A stretch of 64,000 nt of DNA from Babesia bigemina. Its lineage: Eukaryota. Shown piece after piece: positions 57,823 to 64,000 of this stretch (position 1 is its first letter; every line of letters starts with the position of its first letter). The position numbers were made by a program, and so were the translations under genes. The stretch is taken from assembly GCF_000981445.1 (NCBI RefSeq), contig NC_027218.1, positions 2,790,001 to 2,854,000 of the forward strand, read 5' to 3'. The notes under the pieces are model-generated. The model ran no database searches, had not been told where the DNA came from, and was given only the letters and a program-made list of their open reading frames with translations.

Positions 57823-59331
57823 ATGAGCGTCAATCCGCTTCATTCTGGCAATGTGGGCGGTCAGATGTCGTCCGAGGCCTTATGCAAGAGCCTGAAGCTT
57901 GCGCTGCGTATCAATTCCAGCGGCGGTTCTGCCGCTGGCAGCAGGGAGGATGCAGCCAGCCATCGCCGTCCGGAGCCGTGCCCGAGCGTTTTCGTTCCGG
58001 GTCCTCCTGTGGGCATGGCGGCGTTCCCAATGGCCATGCCGCCGCCGGTGGCTATGCGGAGCCGGGACCCAAGGGCAGTTTACCCCTGCCCTTCGTCGAT
58101 CACGCCTTCTCCGCTGCCCCGGTGCCCGTCGCCGAAACACCTGCCGTCTGAGGGCCACACCAGCGTCATGGCGCCGTCGGCTGCTGCCTGTGTGGGCAAC
58201 GCACCGCTGCGCGAGCGAGACCCATCGATATCGGAACAGCGCGCCCTCCTTCTGACCAAGCACGGCAACGTGGATGCTGACCTGCTGGACCAGGCGCTAT
58301 CGGACTGCTACGGCCGCTTCGTGGCTCTGCTGCCGGAGGAGGTGCTGAGCGACCACGTGCGTCTGTGCTTTTACCTGCGCGAGGCGTACTGGTGGTACTG
58401 CGACAAGTGGGTTGTGCGCCACCCGAAGAAGCTTTGCCCGATGAAGTTCGGCGCGTTCCTGACCCTGGTCTGCGACGACTGCCCGCTGCTGCGCGCCTTC
58501 ATCAGCGACGAGGAGGAGAAGGTGCTGCTGGACAATTGGTCGAAGTACAACCAGAAGATACCGCTGCGCGGTTGTATGGTGATGAACAAGACCTGTGACA
58601 AGGTGCTGATGGTGCAGAGCTACAACAGCCACAACTGGACCTTTCCGCGCGGGAAGACGGACGAGGCGGAGGACGACAGCGCGTGCGCGGCCCGCGAGGT
58701 CCTGGAGGAGGTGGGCCTGGACGTGCGGCAGCTGATCCACCCCGAGGTGTTCGTGGAGCACGTGAGCAACGGGCGCACGCTGAAGCTGTTTTTCGTGCCG
58801 GGCGTCGACGAAGACACGAAGCTCGGCTCCAACACTGAGTACGAGATCGGTGAGATCAAGTGGATACCGCTGTCAACGCTGGTGGAGGCGCAGAAGAAGC
58901 AAATGAAGCACTTCCGTCTGTTCGACGTGACGCAGTTCGTGAAGGGCCTCTGGGAGTTCGTGCGCGACTTCCGCGGCGGGGAGCTGCGGGAGCACTTCCC
59001 CACCGCGTACGCAAACTTCTGCCGCGTGAGAGACAGTGCGGAGGAGCTGCCGTCGCTGGACGAGCACAGTCTCGACAACCCGTGCTCGACGTCGGCCGGT
59101 GAGCACAGGGCGCAGCTTTCCAAGTTCCAGTTCGACGACCAGCACAAGGTGGACCTGTGCTACGAGACGTTCGGCGAGGCGAGCGGCTGGTCCGCTGACG
59201 AGATGTTCAGGGTGAACCAGGAGAAGTTCGGCGTGCAGTCGACCTACCGACAGCCGAACGCGGCGGCCAAATATCGCTCACCCCCGCGCCGAAAGCTGAT
59301 ACCATTCGACCCGGAATCATTTATGTCTTAA
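57823..59331 (+). CDS. DCP2: mRNA decapping enzyme DCP2 (Box A + Nudix)
   Basis: Box A LCFYLREAYWWYCD; Nudix box WTFPRGKTDEAEDDSACAAREVLEEVGL. The start codon is uncertain. Confidence 0.9.
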   Translation: MSVNPLHSGNVGGQMSSEALCKSLKLALRINSSGGSAAGSREDAASHRRPEPCPSVFVPGPPVGMAAFPMAMPPPVAMRSRDPRAVYPCPSSITPSPLPRCPSPKHLPSEGHTSVMAPSAAACVGNAPLRERDPSISEQRALLLTKHGNVDADLLDQALSDCYGRFVALLPEEVLSDHVRLCFYLREAYWWYCDKWVVRHPKKLCPMKFGAFLTLVCDDCPLLRAFISDEEEKVLLDNWSKYNQKIPLRGCMVMNKTCDKVLMVQSYNSHNWTFPRGKTDEAEDDSACAAREVLEEVGLDVRQLIHPEVFVEHVSNGRTLKLFFVPGVDEDTKLGSNTEYEIGEIKWIPLSTLVEAQKKQMKHFRLFDVTQFVKGLWEFVRDFRGGELREHFPTAYANFCRVRDSAEELPSLDEHSLDNPCSTSAGEHRAQLSKFQFDDQHKVDLCYETFGEASGWSADEMFRVNQEKFGVQSTYRQPNAAAKYRSPPRRKLIPFDPESFMS

Positions 59332-59568
59332 ATTTAGTCCTATTGCGCAGCGTAGTCGGTAGCCTGTTGGTAGCGCGGTGGGGCCGTGTCGAGTCGTGCT
59401 GCGGCGGCACGCTTTCCGCGGCGTCGTTACATAACCAGGCAGCGTGCAACCGCGAAGCAATTTTGCCATCGCTTTTTTTGGTTCCTATCGGTAAGTCTCC
59501 ACCCCAGCGTTCCGGGTCGCCGTGGGCGACGTCCGCGTGTGGCGCCAGGACTCATCACTTTTCAGGAG

Positions 59569-60262
59569 ATGGCGACGGTAACCACCACGATTAAGACCGA
59601 GCTCTGCTCGTTCAGCGACTACAGGGTTTACCCCGGCCGCGGCCAGAAGTTTGTGGCGCGCGATGGGAAGGTCTACTTCTTCCTCACCTCCAAGGCTGCC
59701 TCCCTGCACAAGCAGCGTGTGAAGCCGGCCAAGGTCAAGTGGACTCCGGTGCGTTTCGCGTTTTCGCGCGTGTGTGTAATCCGCCGCAGAGCTGGAGGAA
59801 GGCCAACAAGAAGTTCCAGACGGTGGTGTCCCACCGCCGCCGCTCCAAGAAGGCCGCCAAGTACCAGAAGGCCTTCTTGGGCCTGAGCCTTGACGAGCTC
59901 AAGGCCAAGCGTGCGACCGCCACCAAGTCTGACTCGAAGCTGGTAAGTCCGTGTTTCACCTGAAGGCAGAGTGGTCCTTGGCGGTTCCCCCCGCCTCCGA
60001 CCTAGTGCCCTTCGCACAGCAACGCTCCGTGTCGTGTGTGGCCGTGGCCGCCGTGACTACGAGCAACATTTCGACCCGTTCCCGGGGAACCTCGTGGTCG
60101 ACGTCACTCACACGCTCGCAGAACCCCAAGCAGGCTATGCTCGCCGAGGCCAAGGAGAAGGCCAAGAAGCTCAAGGGCGGTGCGCCCAAGCCCGCTGGCG
60201 CCGTTCCCGCCAAGCAGGTCCCCATTCCCAAGAAGATCACCAAGACCGCCATGCGCAAGTAA
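59569..60262 (+). CDS. RPL24: 60S ribosomal protein L24 (eL24), 3 coding exons
   Basis: IKTELCSFSDYRVYPGRGQKFVARDG...KVKWTP|SWRKANKK; Lys/Ala-rich tail. Confidence 0.96.
59960..60071 (+). ncRNA. Probable intronic box H/ACA snoRNA in the last RPL24 intron
   Basis: Hairpin 1 (gaagg..ccttc with inner ggtc/gacc and ggcgg/ccgcc), H box ACAGCA at 60016-60021, hairpin 2 (gctc..gagc), then ACA at 60066-60068 followed by ttt. It sits in a ~180-nt intron. Confidence 0.72.
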
Positions 60263-60650
60263 CTGCGATCGTAATGTCTTTTCGTGATTTCGATGGTGCG
60301 TGTTGCGGGCGGCCCGCCGCGGGAAGTTGGGGTTCAGGCTGCTCGCCGTCCGCGGCACCGCCTCTTTGCGCCTTCGCGGCGCGGGTGACCCGAATTCGTC
60401 GCATTGCCGTCTACGCGATTATGATTGATACGGTTACAAAGTTGCCTAGTGATACAGTGGCCGCACTATGCGCGGCAATCGCGTCTACGCAGCGTAGTTT
60501 AATACCCTTGGTATTGACAAAAAATGCCCTTTCTGGCATTTTAAGCACAGCCGCTCCCCGCGCCGCAGTGCCGCGGGGGTGGTCCGTGGCTAAGACATAA
60601 ATCTGGTACAATGCATATACCGAGCTCGTTTGCGATTTGTGTTTCGCACG

Positions 60651-61340
60651 TCACTTCACCAGCGACGGCGGAAAGTCGCCGCGCTTGTCGGAGCCGTAGG
60701 CGGCGGTTACCTCCTGGAAGTAGCCCGTGCGCTCGACGTACTGCGGCTCCACCTGTGGGCTGCCCATCTCCGAGGACGTGTCGATGCCTGACTCCCTGGA
60801 AGACAGGCTCGGGACCATCATGTAGGCCGGATCCGTGCGCCTGTAGATGTGCTGCAAGACGCTCTCACGTGCGGGCGGGTGTTCGTAGTCGCCTTCCGTC
60901 ACGTGCAGTTTGCTGGCGAAGTCGTCCGCCACGCCGGCCACGTGCTTTAGATAACTGCCGAGCACCGAGTCACGATTCCCCGTCAGGTCGGACACAACCT
61001 GGTAGAAATGTCCGCCGCGCGCCTCCGGCGTCTTCACGAGGTCGCCGTCGTCATACCTTCCGCTGGAGGTGTGTACGCTGAGCGCTGTTTGCGCGACGCG
61101 CTGTGCGGTCCTACCTGGATTCCGGGGCCATCGCAGCCGCCATAGCTTGAGACTGCTCGACCATCCGGCGCATATTCGCGTTCTGCTGCCTGAGGTACTC
61201 GTTGGCGCGCTCGAGCTTCTTTATCTCATTGTTGATGCCTGAGCGCTATAAACGGCTGTGGCGCTCCACCCACTTTCTACTTCAGCCTTCAACTTGTTAT
61301 GTTGCCGTATTAGCGCCTCGCGCTCAGATTCCACTGACAT
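60651..61340 (-). CDS. Hypothetical protein with N-terminal coiled coil, probable 3 exons
   Basis: MSVESEREALIRQHNKLKAEVES, then INNEIKKLERANEYLRQQN, then the 60651-61037 ORF, separated by short GT-AG introns. Confidence 0.65.
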
Positions 61341-61757
61341 TGCAGCTGCGGCGGCTTGTTCCGTGCGTGTCTGTACCGTGTAGCAAGTAGATTCCGCCGC
61401 CCGTGACGGTGTCGCGAGGCCACGAGCTAGCAGTAAATTTAGGAGGTGTGTAAGGGGTGATGTTCTGCGTAGCGACCTGCGTCGCCGGCGGTGTTGTGTC
61501 GCGCAGGTACCATTCCTTCTCACGGCGGGCTCACAACACAGGCGACGCCGAACGCCACACATTATACAGGGAAGAACAGCATAACTATTCCGCACCATAA
61601 AAATCCACCTCTACCACAGAGCAATGTGCATCAACGAACGTTGTATATGAAAGATTATAGGCCGTGACCAAATTCACATCGCGATTGTAGCTGTCAAAGC
61701 TTCGCCGGCGAAATGACTTCAGCGTCCATACCCCGATGAGCCTTGTACGAACGACGC

Positions 61758-62322
61758 TTACTCAACCTTCCTGCGGAAGGAGCAGCCCTTGGTGAGCCTG
61801 CACTTGCCGCCGGTGGGCTCGGAGAGGACAACGTTGCAGCTGCAAACATTGTGAGAACGGCGCAAACAGCGTTACACTATACCACAAACAGAGTTACACA
61901 AAACCACAAGCACGATATACCACGGTACGACAGAAAAAACACTCTGCATCGTACGTAGCCGCATTCCGTGGCGGCCGCCTCACGACGCCAACTACACATC
62001 GAACTCGCATATACCACTCGTTACACGGCACAACAACGGATACAGCCCACAACACATCGCTACTCTTTGTGAGTGGCGCCATGGTCATCCCCGAGGCAGG
62101 GGAGGCGCGGCGTAGCCGCGGTGGTGCTGACTGGCCAAGGGCATATATCGCTTACCTGCCGCAAATGACGGCGGTCTGGGCGTGGCTGAAGACGGTGGTG
62201 ATAGTGAGACAGCCAGGGCAGCGCACGTCCATGAAGAACGAGTTAGGGTTCTGCACCAGCCTCTTAAGCTTGTGCTTCTTGGCCTCCTCCTTGGGGTCCA
62301 CGTGAAGGCAGTCGAACTCCAT
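61758..62322 (-). CDS. RPS27: 40S ribosomal protein S27 (eS27), 2 coding exons
   Basis: [23 protein letters not shown]...[29 protein letters not shown]; intron 62155-61840. Confidence 0.97.
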
Positions 62323-63013
62323 CTTTATCGAGTCAGATGCCCCAGTTTATATTGCTATGGCTTGGACGACTGCGCAAGGTATGATTGGTCGGCGGATTAG
62401 GTCGCTTACTCCGGTCACTTGAGGAGTGTCTCAAGGCTCCCGGTGTTGCTCCTCGGTTGCTGTGCGGCGCGGCGACAAAAGAGCTGTATCTCGAGCTCCT
62501 TAATATGTGATTGAAGGTTGCTATTGTGCCAGGATTGTGAGTAGCCGCGGCGGCGAGGTAAAGGCGCCCTTGCCGCGATGGGGAGGCCGGCGCCCCGGCG
62601 CCCCATGAGTGGGATTCTAACATCGCGCCGGCACATCGATATACAGCCACGGGCAACAGTACTTAACGTACACATTTAGCTACGGTCGTCCGCTGCCTTT
62701 GAATCGCCTCCTGGCGCGCTTCACCCATGTTTGTGTTCGCCTTCCGACGCACGAGGAATCGTTTCGCGTCCACTTCAGTCACCCTTATTTGCCATCGATT
62801 TGCCATAATATCCGATGCGGGACGTACGTAGGTGCCGATATTTCCGGCGTCTGTCCAATGTGTCGGCCTTCTTCCACTACGCGGCTTGAGATTTGTGAGG
62901 CCTCCGCGTCAGCATAACTCCACATTACCACTGCAAACTAGCCATAATACTCAATAATGACGCCGAGGGGACGTCATGCTGCCGTGTAGCGTGACGAACT
63001 TCGCTGTGTGTAG

Positions 63014-64000
63014 ATTTGGTTATCGTGCGGGTTGCGCGAGGCATTAGTCGGTCTTGCCCGGCGCCTGAAGTACGTGATCACCGCGGAGGTCAGGATGGTG
63101 TTGCTAACGGACTACAATCTGCTGATCGAGTCGATTTATTCGCACCGGTCGGAGTGCGTGCTGGCCCACCTCCAGAGCGGATGCTTCTTCGAGACCGACC
63201 TTCGTGGCCTGTTCCGAGGTGACGAAGTGGGCGTCGACCGCCGCATCAAGCGGCATCTGTCCGCGCCGTGCATATTTCCATCGGTTCAATCCGTAATCCC
63301 GGCCTACGCGCGTACTACTGCGCTGTCTGTCTGCCGGGATTCCTGCGCGGGTGTATACCACGACCTCGAGACAGGAAAATGCATCAGCCGCATATCGCGG
63401 TCGGTGTACTCCAACCGTGTGCCGAGCGGGATCACGGATCTGGGCGGAACGTGCACGCATCTGGCCTCCGCGACGGACAGCAGCAGCCCCCTGGTTTTCC
63501 TCTCCACCGCTCTGGGGGACATCAACGTGATTGACTTGCGCGTCGGAGTGAAAGGCGAATTCGGGCACCCGGTGATGTCACTGAGCCGATGCCACTCAGG
63601 GGCGATCTCGTGCATGTACAACTTCCGCGGGTTCAGCTTCAGCCTCGTCTCCGGGGGGTACGAAGACGGTAAACTCAACTTCTTCGACCTGCGCTTCCCG
63701 TACGACCACGTCAAGAGCCCCTACGTGGAGCGCCCCATGCCGCTGCGGTCGTTTGAAATGCACCTGCGGAACCAGACGAAATACGTCGACATGGACGAGA
63801 CCGACCAGCAGATTTTGAAGCACATGAAGCTGGGGCGCCTGACCAGCATGGCCGTGAGCCACGACGAGCGGCTCATAGCGCTCGCGAACGGGCAGTCTGA
63901 GATCGTTATTTGCTCCGCCCACGAGGATGTGCGGATTCTCAAGATGGGCTTCCTGTCCGCCAAGGACGACTACGCCACCTCGATACAGTTCGGGCCCCAC
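63014..64000 (+). CDS. WD40-like repeat protein, partial (runs off the window; 5' exons unresolved)
   Basis: Open frame from a likely acceptor at 63013 (in-frame ATG at 63095) to the window end: CHSGAISCM...LVSGGYEDGKLNFFDLR and LTSMAVSHDERLIALA. Not in the ORF track because no stop lies in the window. Confidence 0.7.
   Translation, partial: MWLSCGLREALVGLARRLKYVITAEVRMVLLTDYNLLIESIYSHRSECVLAHLQSGCFFETDLRGLFRGDEVGVDRRIKRHLSAPCIFPSVQSVIPAYARTTALSVCRDSCAGVYHDLETGKCISRISRSVYSNRVPSGITDLGGTCTHLASATDSSSPLVFLSTALGDINVIDLRVGVKGEFGHPVMSLSRCHSGAISCMYNFRGFSFSLVSGGYEDGKLNFFDLRFPYDHVKSPYVERPMPLRSFEMHLRNQTKYVDMDETDQQILKHMKLGRLTSMAVSHDERLIALANGQSEIVICSAHEDVRILKMGFLSAKDDYATSIQFGPH

Overview
Gene-dense, intron-containing eukaryotic DNA from a piroplasmid apicomplexan. 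It is most consistent with Babesia sensu stricto (bigemina/ovata/caballi-like), given the VESA-related and 6-Cys-like genes, the CRT orthologue, ApiAP2, a CPSII with apicomplexan-type inserts and many ~30-40 nt GT-AG introns. Two GC-rich housekeeping blocks (RPS29, CAP protein, CRT, CERLI1/RASP2, ApiAP2, MAK11-like, syntaxin, importin-7-like, tRNA-Ile, eIF3L; then TM RING ligase, RPN12, GSK3, CPSII, DCP2, RPL24, RPS27) flank a visibly more AT-rich antigen-gene island at ~24.3-41.5 kb. The island holds a short ves-like gene, an 1800-aa mosaic VESA-related gene and a head-to-head pair of s48/45 (6-Cys)-like genes that share an inverted upstream motif. It lies between two near-identical 1334-bp direct repeats, each carrying an intact Sec13/Seh1-like WD40 gene; the left repeat boundary falls inside the predicted intron 1 of a neighbouring gene. 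Features absent or fragmented in the ORF track: an 8-exon secreted CAP gene, an intronic H/ACA snoRNA in RPL24, a tRNA-Ile(UAU) and a probable 3-exon hypothetical gene. All family assignments come from motif recognition, not database searches.
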